Positions 9,563 to 19,891 are shown, counted from the stretch's first letter. The stretch is 20,114 nucleotides of DNA from Octopus sinensis (GCF_006345805.1 NW_021824045.1:1-20114), one strand, 5' to 3'. Notes: generated from the sequence alone by a model not told the origin. A program made the numbers and translations.

Positions 9563-10525
9563 TACATACATACATACATACATACATACATACATACATA
9601 CATACATACATACATACATACATACATACACGTACGCATGCGTGTGTATATGTATGTATGTTTATGAGGGAAAAGTTTCTGGCTCTATGGAAACATATAG
9701 TATACACGTGCTTGCTTCGAGTAAACGATTCAAGTCACGAAAAGCTATTTTTATCTCTATGATTCCGTCCAGACAAATCACCACGATAGCCTGGGCGCTC
9801 AGCTGAGTATTAACATACTCGGAGTATACCTGGTTCTTTAAATTTACTAGCTTGTATTTCATGTAATTTGTCTTGGCTGTTTGATGTTCTAAACGTGCCT
9901 AGCACAAAGATAACATTGTAACATTCAGGTAAACATTCTGTCACCTCACCACTGTTTAAAGAAGAAACCGCACTGTCTTTCAGTTGGCACGGAGCGGAAG
10001 CAACTCGTTAAGTTGTCAAATAACTTAGTATCTTTCTCTTTCTGACATCAATTTCACAAAAAAATATTTCTTAGACCTTACAGCTCAACTATATTAAATG
10101 CTGAATACCAGATAACCAGTTCTGAATTTGTACATTTATTATCATAAAGATATAGAGTTGTTTAACGAGGACAGCACTGAATGACATGGATTATTTCTTG
10201 GTTTTACTTTTAGAGCTTGGTGTGTCGGAAGCAGTGCTTAGTCATTATGCTATTATTTAGGCTGACGCTGTTCGCAAAATTCTCATCAAGTCAGGAGTAC
10301 TTTCTAGAACTTCTTAAATACGATTGGAGAAATAGATAGGTCATTTATGCTAATGCGGTTAGTCTGTGTGACTATGGAATAAAATGACTCATCATGAAAA
10401 ATACACAAACGCATCTGTGCATGTACGTGTAAATACATATATTTATGCATATACATACACACACGTATACATATATATGTATGTATGTATGCATGTATAA
10501 ATATATATATATATATATGGGCATA

Positions 10526-10760
10526 CGAGGTGGGAGGACTGAAAAGTTCCTTTCTTTGGGTAAAAGAAAATACAGGAAAAACGGTTAATTATGATTTTAT
10601 TCAACATATTCTCCTCTCAGATTTGCAGACTTATTGCAGTGGTCCTTCAGTTTTTCTAAGCCCTGCAAGAAAAAAAAAAAAAAAACTCAGGAGATTGGGG
10701 TTCCACCCAAGCCTCTTTCGCTTTTCCCCCTTAAAGCCCAGACCTTTTCAGCCCCCCCCG
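10526..10760. mobile_element. Tc1/mariner-type MITE
   Basis: TA|CGAGGTGGGAGGACTGAAAAGTTCC ... GACCTTTTCAGCCCCCCCCG|TA: imperfect mariner-like TIRs with TA duplication. Confidence 0.75.
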
Positions 10761-10808
10761 TACATACATACATACATACATACATAATACATACATACAT
10801 ACATACAT

Positions 10809-10840
<32 letters not shown>

Positions 10841-10879
10841 GGAGATATACTGTTATTCACAAACGCACACATGTACATG

Positions 10880-10921
<42 letters not shown>

Positions 10922-11249
10922 AATATAAATATATATATGTGTGTGTATATATATATATATATGTACCTGTATAAATATATGTATATATATATGTGTGTGT
11001 GTGTATAGATACATTTGTGTGTGCCTGTGAATCATAGTTTATGTGTACTGAGGCTATTACTGCATGTACGTATAGACTGTATGAGCTGTAACATATACTT
11101 ATATAACCATGTCTATTATCTATATATACATATGAATAAGTTTATGCAAATACAAGTACGAATTGTAAACTATTTATACCTATGTATGTACGTATATACA
11201 TACGCTTGTGTAGTTAGGCAGGATTATGCGTCGGAATATTTGTCTTTAT

Positions 11250-11298
<49 letters not shown>

Positions 11299-11569
11299 AT
11301 GCATACACACACATATATTCATGTGTGTATGTCTGTTTTTGAGATTCATTCACACATGTCAAGTCGGTCACCAACAAAGCGACAAGGTTTTATTGTATGA
11401 ATCAAGAGAGTTCCAGCCAAACGTGAATATGAAAATATGTTAATGTGTGCATAGAAATACATGGATATATATATATATATATGAGGATATATATACACTC
11501 ATATAATAGATGTAAAAATCTCTTTAGTTAATTGAGTTGTGATTGCACATTGTAAGTGTACGTACGCAT

Positions 11570-12277
11570 GTCATTGTTCAGTTTTATTTCAAGCTTTCTT
11601 GCCCGTAGAGAAAGAGCCGGTTTCGAACCTAGATCAAAGGTTCTTTCATTGGAATTTCAACATCAACAACATGGTATTTTTGTTTGTATGTATTGTTTGT
11701 TTGTTCGTTTATTTGTTTGTATGTATGCATGTATGTATATATGTATATTTGTATGTATGAATGTATGTATGTATGTATGTATGTATGAATCTATGTATGT
11801 ATATATGTATGTATTATGTATGTTGTATGTATGCATGTATGTATGTATGTATATATGTATGTACGTATGTATGTATGTATGTAATTGTTCAATTGTATTT
11901 CAAGCTTTCTGGCCAGTAGAGAAAGAGCAGGTTTCGAACCTAGATCAAAGGCTCCTTCATTGGAATTTCAACATGAACAACAGGATATTTTTGTTTGTAT
12001 GTATTATGTTTGTATGTATGTATGTATGTATGTATGTATGTATGTATGTATGTATGTATGTGTGAGTGTATATGTGTATGTGTGTGTGTGTGTGTGTGTA
12101 TATATGTATGTATGTATGTATTTATGTATTATGTATGTATATATGCATGTATGTATGTGTATGTAATTGTTCAGTTATATTTCAAGATTTCTTGACAATA
12201 GAGAAAGAGCCGCTTTCTAGCTTAGAAGATCTAAAGTTCTTTCATTGGGATTTCAACATCAAAAACTGGGTATTTTT
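11570..12277 (-). repeat. Three tandem copies of the ~110-bp LINE 3' terminus separated by degenerate (TATG)n
   Basis: Cores at 11570-11681, 11881-11992 and 12163-12277; each aligns to 16094-16196. Confidence 0.85.
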
Positions 12278-12670
12278 ATTTGTATGAATGTATGTAAATA
12301 TGTTTGTATGCATAGTGTATGTGTGTGTGTGTGTGCGTGTGTATGTATGTACATATGTATATGTGCATGCATGTATGTATATATGTATGTGTGCGTGTGT
12401 CTGTATGTATGCACGAATGTATGCATGCATTCATGAATGCATGTATGAATGTACTTATGTATGTACATATGAATAAACACTCGGGCTGGTGTCCGAGGGT
12501 GCAGTAAGCCCACTAGGAATGAGAGACCCATGGTCTTTGTCAAGACATTCTACGTGAAGGCTAACTCGTGTATAATACCCGCTGCTCTACTGAACCTGAC
12601 ATCTTGCACTTTACTTTTCTCTGGGCTGCTCGATATTGTTAATGAAAGTCTTTGAGGTGTTGTTCAAGCT

Positions 12671-12763
12671 GTTGTTGTTTGCTCCTTCTCGTGCCATGCC
12701 TGGCTCATAAGGGCCGGTTTCCCGGTTTCCTTGGCGTATAAGTTCCCAACCTTGATGGGACGC
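12671..12763 (-). mobile_element. 3' tail fragment of SINE family C/D
   Basis: Reverse complement of about 13410-13506 (GCGTCCCGTCCAGG...CCCTTATGAGCCAGGCATGGC.CGAGAAGG). Confidence 0.8.
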
Positions 12764-12987
12764 AGATTTTCTACATACCTGAAGAGCTTTATGCAGCTGT
12801 GTCTTCTAATCCCTCATTCGTCTAAGTGACAAAAGAGTCCACCATGGGCAATTTACATATATGCATATATATGAATGTGTGTTTAGTTTCAGTCAAGAAA
12901 ACACAAGCGGAGTATCATTTGCGTGTTTTATGAATCTTTACTGTACCGGAAGATGCAAGATAGTTTCTGTGTTCTTCCTTGTAACCA

Positions 12988-13515
12988 TGGAGGCACATGG
13001 CCTAGTGGTTAGAGCAGCGGACAGGCAGTCGAAGGATCGCGGGTTCGAATTTCAGACTGGGCGGTATGTGTGTGTTTATGAGCTGTCAGAAACGTTAGCA
13101 CGCCGGGCGAAATGCTTAGAGGTATTTCGTCTGCCGTTACGTTCTGGGTTCAAATTCCGCCGAGGTCGACTTTGCCTTTCATCCTTTCGGGCTCGATAAA
13201 TTAAGTACCAGTTACGCACTGGGGTCAATGTAATTGACTTAATCCGTTTGTCTCTCCTTGTTTGTCCCCTCTGTGTTTAACCCTTTGTGGGTAGTAAAGA
13301 AATATATGAGCGAAACACCTAAGCTCCACGCGGCTCCGGCAGAAGGCAATGGTGAACTTTCGCCACAACTTTCTCTCCCTCTTTCCTCCTGCATCTTGCA
13401 GCTCACCTTCGACGAACCGGCGTCCCGTCCAGGTGGGGAACCTATACGCCAAGGAAACCGAGCTAACCGGCCCTTATGAGCCAGGCATGGCTCGAGAAGG
13501 AACAACACACACAAC
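12988..13515 (+). mobile_element. tRNA-derived SINE family D, split by a SINE B insertion
   Basis: Head TGGCCTAGTGGTTAGAGC...GGGTTCGAATTTC; body resumes at 13312; V-SINE-like GGCGTCCCGTCCAGG segment. Confidence 0.8.
13084..13304 (+). mobile_element. SINE family B nested in SINE D
   Basis: Flanked by the 7-bp direct repeat TATGAGC (13077-13083, 13305-13311). Confidence 0.9.
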
Positions 13516-14509
13516 ACACAACCATGCTCTCAGAATTCTTAGGCTATTTATGCAAATCTGTTGTTGCATATCCTACGATGGTAGGTACAGAGATGAATTA
13601 GTGTCCCTTTAGCATGCGGTCTACCTGGCCATTTACACTTCAGTGTGCAGTCAACCTCCGCTACAAGAACTCCATACTGCAGATAAAGACAAGTTGAATA
13701 ATCTTGAATAATGATTCATTACTAATAACAAAGTACAAGTTTGCATACTTCGCCTCTCGCACGCTTTCGTTTATCTTGCATGACACTACCGTTTCGATAG
13801 CACGAGTCTGCGTCTTATAATGCACGCAGAAGATTGTTTTTCCGTAAAAATTCAACTGCTATTTTCTCTATCAAAAGGGCGCATCTATAGAGACTGTTTA
13901 ACACCATTGTAATGGGTAAAGTATGTTACACTGAGTCTATCGGCTTCAATTTAAGGAGGATTCTTATGTGGGTACTATTTGATTATTCTTTTATACAGAC
14001 TAGTCAGAAGCCCTTAACAGTGTTAAAATGACGATAAGCACAAGTTATAAATTCATACTACGAAAGATAGAAAACTGGCTGAGGTCTCAGGGGACAGATC
14101 ACGCCATTTCACATCATAGACCGCGGAGACAGCTGAAGTAGTGCCGGTGATTTTAATGCTAGAGTACGCGAGTTGTTAAGTTTTGCATTGGTAACTGAAG
14201 CAATCATATCTGCCGCGAGTTAACTTCGGTAATGATACATGATGTTTCACTCCTTGCATCATAAAACGACAGGGGTGGAAGTGTTGTGTTTGTCCCGGAT
14301 TGCTGTTTCTATATTGGAACGTTCCACCCTTATTCGATTTTTTTTAAAGGTGTGGATGCCTTCTGGTCGTGGTGTTGTTATTTCTATTGATTAATTCGCT
14401 TCACATATCCTTCCATACCTTTTGATCGATCCAGGCATTGAAAGTGAAACTAGGTAGGCGTATGTATTCGTATGCATAGTTTATGTATGTATCTGTGTAT
14501 GCATGTATG

Positions 14510-14821
14510 CTCTCTTCTATCTTTAACTATTTGAAACCTTCCCGTAAAGAAGAAGCTGGTTTTTTAACAAAGATACAATGCTCCATCGTTGGAATGTAGC
14601 TAACAAAATCAACCCCAAGTGTTGAGCTTGAGAAAACTTTTGTATAGGCGTCGGAGTGGCTATGTGGTAAGTAGCTTGATTACCAACCACATGGTTCCAG
14701 GTTCAGTCCCACTGTGTGGCACTTTGGTCAAGTGTCTTCTACTATAGCCTCGCGCCGACCAAAGCCGTGTGAGTGGATTTGGTAGACTGAAACTGAAAGA
14801 AGCTCGTCGTATATATGTATG

Positions 14822-14852
<31 letters not shown>

Positions 14853-15430
14853 ATATGTTTGTGTGTCTGTGTTTGTCCTCCCAGCATCGCTTGACACCCG
14901 ATGCTAGTGCGTTTACGTCCCCGTAACTTAGCAGTTCGGCAAAAAGGGACCGATAGAATAAGTACTAGGCTTACAAAGAATAAGTCATGGGGTCGATTTA
15001 CTCGATTAAAGGCGGTGCTCCGGCATGGCCACAGTCAAATGACTGAAACAAGTAAAAGAGTATATATTTGCTATTCGGCTTACAGATTGAATTTGTAATG
15101 CGTGAGTTAGTTGGTTGATTACTTGTTCTGAAAAGCCTTGCCTTTCCACATTGTCGCCAATCATTTATGCGTAAAACCAAGGGTACCATTCATTATTGTT
15201 GGTATAAACTTGAATTTATAATTAAGATATAGAAGCTGAATGTTTCGATACAGCTGTCCGTAGTTATCTTCTTACCCTTTGATTTTCGAAAAGATATTCA
15301 TAACAATAGGGCAGATGGCCTGTGGAACAGTACTTACTTTTTCTTCTCTGTCCCAAATAACGATATTCGGACTGTTATAATAGTCCTTGGTTGAAGTTTT
15401 GATGAGTACGGCCCCCAAATAGACCTTGTA
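14510..15430 (-). mobile_element. Older R4/Dong-like LINE 3' portion (RLE domain + 3' end), interrupted by SINE A
   Basis: Minus translation ..NSPNIVIWDREEKVSTVPQAICPIVMNIFSKIKG*EDNYGQLYRNIQLLYLNYKFKFIP../..QGFSEQVINQLTHALQIQSVSRIANIY|KSFLKL aligns to the copy at 16330-16700; diverged 3' terminus at 14510-14600 followed by a degenerate (CATA)n. Confidence 0.8.
14647..15059 (+). mobile_element. SINE family A, full length
   Basis: A/B-box-like head, CORE-like GGTCAAGTGTCTT segment, internal microsatellite and tail; flanked by a GTATA direct repeat (14642-14646, 15060-15064). Confidence 0.92.
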
Positions 15431-16110
15431 TGTATGTATGTGAGTACGTACTGCGTATGTATGTATGTATGTATGTATGTATGTATGTATGTATGTATGA
15501 ATGAATGAATGAATGAATGAATGAATGTATGTATGTATGTATGTATGTATGTATGTATGTATGTATGTATTTAGGTATGTATGCATGTATATGTCTGTCA
15601 ACTTGTCTGAATGTATGTATATATGTATGAATGTATGTGTGCGTGTGTATGTATGTATGTATGTATGTATGTATGTATATATGCATGTATCTATGTATGT
15701 ATGTATATGTCATTATTCAGTTTATATTAGTCCTTAGTTGAAATTTTGGTGAGTATGGCCGCCAAATAGACCCTGTATGTATGTAATTACGTACTGCGTA
15801 TGTATGTATATAAATACGTAATGCGTATGTATGTATGTATGTACGTATTTATGTATGTGTGTATGTATGTATGCATTGTCAACTTGTCTGAATGTATGTA
15901 TATATGTAGGAATGTATGTGTGCGTGTGCATGTATGTACATAGGTACGTATGTATGTATGTATGTATGTATGTATGTATGTATGTATGTATGTATGTATG
16001 TATGTATGCATGCATGCATGCATGTATTTATGTATGTATGTATGTATGTATGTATGTATGTATGTATGTATGTATGTATGTATGTATGTATGTGTCATTA
16101 TTCAGTTTTA
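15381..16110. repeat. Tandem duplication of about 350-380 bp
   Basis: Units 15381-15727 and 15729-16110 share TAGTCCTT.GTTGAA..CCAAATAGACC.TG, TACGTACTGCG, GTCAACTTGTCTGAATG and GTCATTATTCAGTTT in the same order. Confidence 0.85.
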
Positions 16111-17054
16111 TTTTAAGATTTCTTGCCAATAGACAAAGAGCCGTTTTCTAACCTAGATTCAAGGCTCCTTTATTGGAATTTCAACAGGCCATTTTTGTAT
16201 GTATGTATGTATGTATGTATGTATGTATGTATGTATGTATGTATGTGTGTAGATTTGTATGTTTTGTTTTATGTATGTATTCTCATGCATACAGTTGCAT
16301 ATCTAGACATGCTCGTAAATAGTTTGATAAACTTTTGGAAAATTTTACAGATTTTTACAGTTCTAGTGATGGATTGGATCTATAGTCTTCGAATTAGCAT
16401 CCTCCTTTCTGGTTCTGAGAAGCCTAATTTCTCGAGACTGGTATTTAGGCCGTGTGTTACATATCACAGGGCCCCGATAGTTACAAGTATAAACATGAAC
16501 TTGTAATTTGTATAGAGTAACTGCAGATTTCTCAATAGTTCAGCGTAGTTATTCTCTTTTTCTCTGATCTTCAGTTTTATGTTAACATCCGCTGGGCAGT
16601 TAATTTCCACAACTGTGCACAGTTTCTCTTCTCATTCCAAATCATTATATCAAGTCTGTTGTGCTTACATTTTATTGAGGTTTTCAGTGGGACGTTTCAC
16701 TAGTATTTCTTTTTATTATGAGTGGCTATGGCTTCTACTATACTGTAGGCTCATATTTCTTTGTCCTCGAGATTATCCTTCCGACGGATTTCGTTATAGT
16801 GTGTCCTAGCTGCAACATCATGCCTCATCGGTAGATATTACCATGATGGCATTTTCGGGCAACTTAGCTCTTCGGTGTTAACTGCACAAAGTCTGCATCG
16901 GTTGTCACATCTTACTGCTTTTCCTGCATGTCTATCTGCATCTTTTGTGCATCAGGTATTTGGTTTGATATTTCCTGCTCCTGGATTGCAAACGCATGCC
17001 CTTCAAAGTGGGAGGCAGTAATCCGGCTATTGGTCCATGATTAATGTTACTATC
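16094..17054 (-). mobile_element. 5'-truncated R4/Dong-like LINE: zinc knuckle, restriction-like endonuclease and 3' UTR
   Basis: Manual minus translation across frameshifts and stops: SWTNSRITASHFEGHAFAIQEQEIS/TKYLMHKR/..CDNRCRLC...SCPKM..YLPMRHD...KCKHNRLDIMIWN/..LCTVVEINCPADVNIKLKIREKENNYAELLRNLQLLY..FILVTIGAL..LEKLGF..IQSITRTVKICKIFQKF. This is an AIQEQEI motif, a CCHC-type knuckle with the His segment deleted, RHD, and a PD-(D/E)xK-type RLE. Confidence 0.9.
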
Positions 17055-17130
17055 ATGTATGTATGTATGTATGTATGTATGTATGTATGTATGTATGTAT
17101 GTATGTATGTATGTATGTATGTATGTATGT

Positions 17131-17325
17131 ACCGGCATTCGCCATGATAGATCGCTAGCTACGACACATTGTTTATTTTCTCTCCTTGATTCTTTGTGTT
17201 CCTTTCTGTGGAAGAGCGTAGGATCGAAACGTAAAAAAGCTTTATCACTTCCCGAGCGTTATACTAGTACATCTGTTGGTTGTCTTCGTCTTTTGCTTTT
17301 TCTGTGAATTCTCCCTATATATATA
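17131..17325 (+). mobile_element. Putative Penelope-like (pLTR-derived) repeat with a degenerate hammerhead-like motif
   Basis: TTT CTGTGGA A GAGC GTAG GATC GAAACGT A AAA at 17203-17236; the family assignment is inference from motif architecture. Confidence 0.45.
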
Positions 17326-17500
17326 TATATGTATATATTTATGCATATATGTGTATATTTACAATATGCATGGGTGGAAGCGTAGATAAACGGGTGCAAG
17401 ATTCAATTAGAAGTGTGAACGAATGGATGGAAAGTCGAGCAAATAAACTGTCTGATTGACCCGTGTACATATATTGCTAATTAGGGAGATAGATAAATAA

Positions 17501-17531
<31 letters not shown>

Positions 17532-17557
17532 ATATATATAATATATATATTATATAT

Positions 17558-17896
17558 GGTTATCCGTAATATGAAGGTGAAATTAATTAATTTGGAAAAA
17601 TTATCAATTACACCAAGTAGTCTTCGGCATGTAAAAGCCTCATTCGAGGAAAATTTAAGTAATACTAAGCAATAAGGGTTTAGCAACGAGTTGCCTTACC
17701 ACATACCGAATTTAGAAATAGCAGTCAAAGGGTTATAGCTATTTCTTCTACTAAAAAGGGAGATCTCAGTAAAAACAGCATATGCTGTTTTACTGAGATC
17801 TCCCTTTTTAGTAGAAGAAATAGCTATACCCTTTGACTGCTATTTCTAAATTCGGTATGTGGTAAGGCAACTCGTTGCTAAACCCTTATTGCTTAG

Positions 17897-17899
<3 letters not shown>
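17558..17899. repeat. (TA)n-embedded foldback element containing a ~238-bp spacerless palindrome
   Basis: 17662-17781 is the reverse complement of 17782-17899 except for two 1-nt indels; centre CAGCAT|ATGCTG. Confidence 0.93.
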
Positions 17900-17929
<30 letters not shown>

Positions 17930-17988
17930 ATATATATATATATATATATGTATATACATATATATATATATGTTATACATATATATAA

Positions 17989-18041
<53 letters not shown>

Positions 18042-18059
18042 TACATATATATATATATA

Positions 18060-18105
<46 letters not shown>

Positions 18106-18130
18106 TATATATATATATATTATATATACC
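17897..18130. repeat. Long interrupted (TA)n tract
   Basis: Direct reading. Confidence 0.95.
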
Positions 18131-18814
18131 GAAGCAGAAGGACACATATGTACACGTGTAGAAGTCCGGGAAACAGAACATAAATAAATAACTAGATATA
18201 TGTGTATAGAAATAGACAGACAGACAAGTAGAATGATAGATGGAGGAAGATAGAAGGAAAGATAGGGAGAGAGAGAGGGGGAGGAGAGAACAAGAATGAA
18301 AATGAGATAGGGTGGTAGGATATTAAAGGGAAAATAATAGAAAAAGAGATAGACAAGGAGTTACAAGAAATGGCATGTACAGGACCCAGATGAAAGGAAA
18401 ACATTTCAATGCAGAAATAGGGATCATGCTAAGTCGATTAACGCCTACATCTCTTTACAAAAGGAAGGGAACATTTACATGACCCAGATTTATTTGTTTT
18501 TATAGGGCAATTGTCTATAAAATACAACAACTGCCCCACGGACAAATTCACATATGTCTCGGGTATATCATTTAAATATTTGTCTTGTGACTTGGCTGGA
18601 TGCAATAATGGCGATAAGGCTGATGGTGATAATGACTATAAAGATAATGATGACGATGATGATGATGTGATGATGATGATGATGGTAATAATAATAATAA
18701 TAATTATAAAGAAAATTTCTTTATTTGACACAAGGGGCAAAAAGCCTCAAATATTGAGGGTAATACAAAGACAAAAGACAATAATAGCTTGTGGTTTAGA
18801 AGGTCAAAAAAATA

Positions 18815-18985
18815 GGGAAACGAGTCAGACGATTAAATCGACCTCAGTACTTGACTGGTACTTAGGTTAATTCCAGAAGGACAGAAGGCAAAGGCGACCG
18901 CGGTAGAAATTGAACTCAAAATGTAAAGAGCCGAAAGAAATGCCGCTAGGCATTTTGTCCGGCCTGGTAATGATTCTGTCAGTAA
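18815..18985 (-). mobile_element. Old diverged SINE B-like copy
   Basis: AATCGACCTCAGTACTTGACTGGTACTT..GAAGGCAAAGGCGACC..TTGAACTCAAAATG resembles the family B body. Confidence 0.65.
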
Positions 18986-19009
18986 TAATAACTATAATAA
19001 TCCGTTCTC

Positions 19010-19210
19010 CTATCGGCAAAAGTGCCTGAAATTTTGGCGGACGGGGTTTGTCAGTAACATCGACTCCAGTGCGTAACTGGTACTTGGATCATTGACCTCG
19101 AAAGGGTGAAAGTCAAGTCGACGTCAGATTTGAACTCAGAATGTGATGGCTGACGAAATGCCGTTACGTATTTTATCTACCATGCTAACGATTGTATTAG
19201 CTGTCAGCCA
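19010..19210 (-). mobile_element. Old diverged SINE B-like copy
   Basis: ATCGACTCCAGTGCGTAACTGGTACTT..CGAAAGGGTGAAAG..TTTGAACTCAGAATG. Confidence 0.7.
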
Positions 19211-19211
19211 T

Positions 19212-19227
19212 AGTAATAATAATAATG

Positions 19228-19289
<62 letters not shown>
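19212..19289. repeat. (AAT)n microsatellite
   Basis: Direct reading. Confidence 0.95.
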
Positions 19290-19513
19290 CTTTTACTTGT
19301 TTCAGTCATTTGACTGTGGCCATGCTGGAACACCACCTTTAGTCGAACAAATCGACCCAGAACTTATTCTTTGACAGCCTAGTACTTATTCTATCGGACT
19401 CTTTTGCCGAACCGTTAAGTTACCGGGACGTAAACACATCAGCATCAGTTGTCAAGCGATGTTGGGGGGACAAACACAGACACACAAACATATGCACACA
19501 CACACACACACAT

Positions 19514-19544
<31 letters not shown>

Positions 19545-19610
19545 CGACGGGCTTTTTTCAGTTTCCCTCTACCAAATCCACTGACAAGGCTTTGGTCAGC
19601 TCGAGGCAAT
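19289..19610 (-). mobile_element. SINE family A lacking its tRNA head
   Basis: Colinear with 6140-6470. Confidence 0.85.
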
Positions 19611-19630
19611 GGTATATTCAGTCACTCATA

Positions 19631-19891
19631 ATAAATAAATGCGCCCTTTTAAAGCCTAGCCAGGCTCATGGGCACGGTACCCCGGTTTCTATGGCGTATG
19701 TGTTCCCTAGCTGGACGGGACGCCAGTCCATCACAGCGTCACTCATTTTTGCCAGCTGAGTGGACTGGAGCAACGTGAAATGAAGTGTTTTGCTCAAGAA
19801 CACAACGCATCGCCCGGTCCAGGAATCGAAGCCACAATCTTACGACCATGATGCTGACACCCCTAACCACTAAGCCACGCGCCTCCACATT
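19631..19891 (-). mobile_element. Full-length tRNA-derived SINE family C
   Basis: Minus head GTGGAGGCGCGTGGCTTAGTGGTTAGG...GGCTTCGATTCC; V-SINE-like GATGGACTGGCGTCCCGTCCAG; 14-bp TSD TTC(A/G)GTCACTCATA at 19617-19630 and 19892-19905. Confidence 0.88.

Noticed and set aside
9662-9900. Non-repetitive minus-strand frame (ARLEHQTAKTNYMKYKLVNLKNQ...) after a possible acceptor
   Set aside because: No recognisable homology, only weak donor sites, and splicing to the nearby upstream candidate would need a 51-nt intron and gives a stop.
9773-9928. 156-bp plus-strand segment bounded by AG and GTAAAC
   Set aside because: Stop codons in all three frames.
11570-12277. CRISPR-like repeat-spacer array
   Set aside because: Eukaryotic context, ~110-bp diverged repeats, microsatellite spacers and no cas genes; the repeat is a LINE 3' end.
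10485-12543. Many MYVC/HTYI-type ORFs (also 15272-17307 and 17921-18181)
   Set aside because: Products of (TATG)n, (TG)n and (TA)n; only the RLE-like ends of 15272-15601 and 16932-17138 are meaningful, and these are annotated as LINE fragments.
18190-18410. Purine-rich strand-asymmetric tract (possible triplex DNA)
   Set aside because: No clear mirror symmetry; generic low-complexity sequence.
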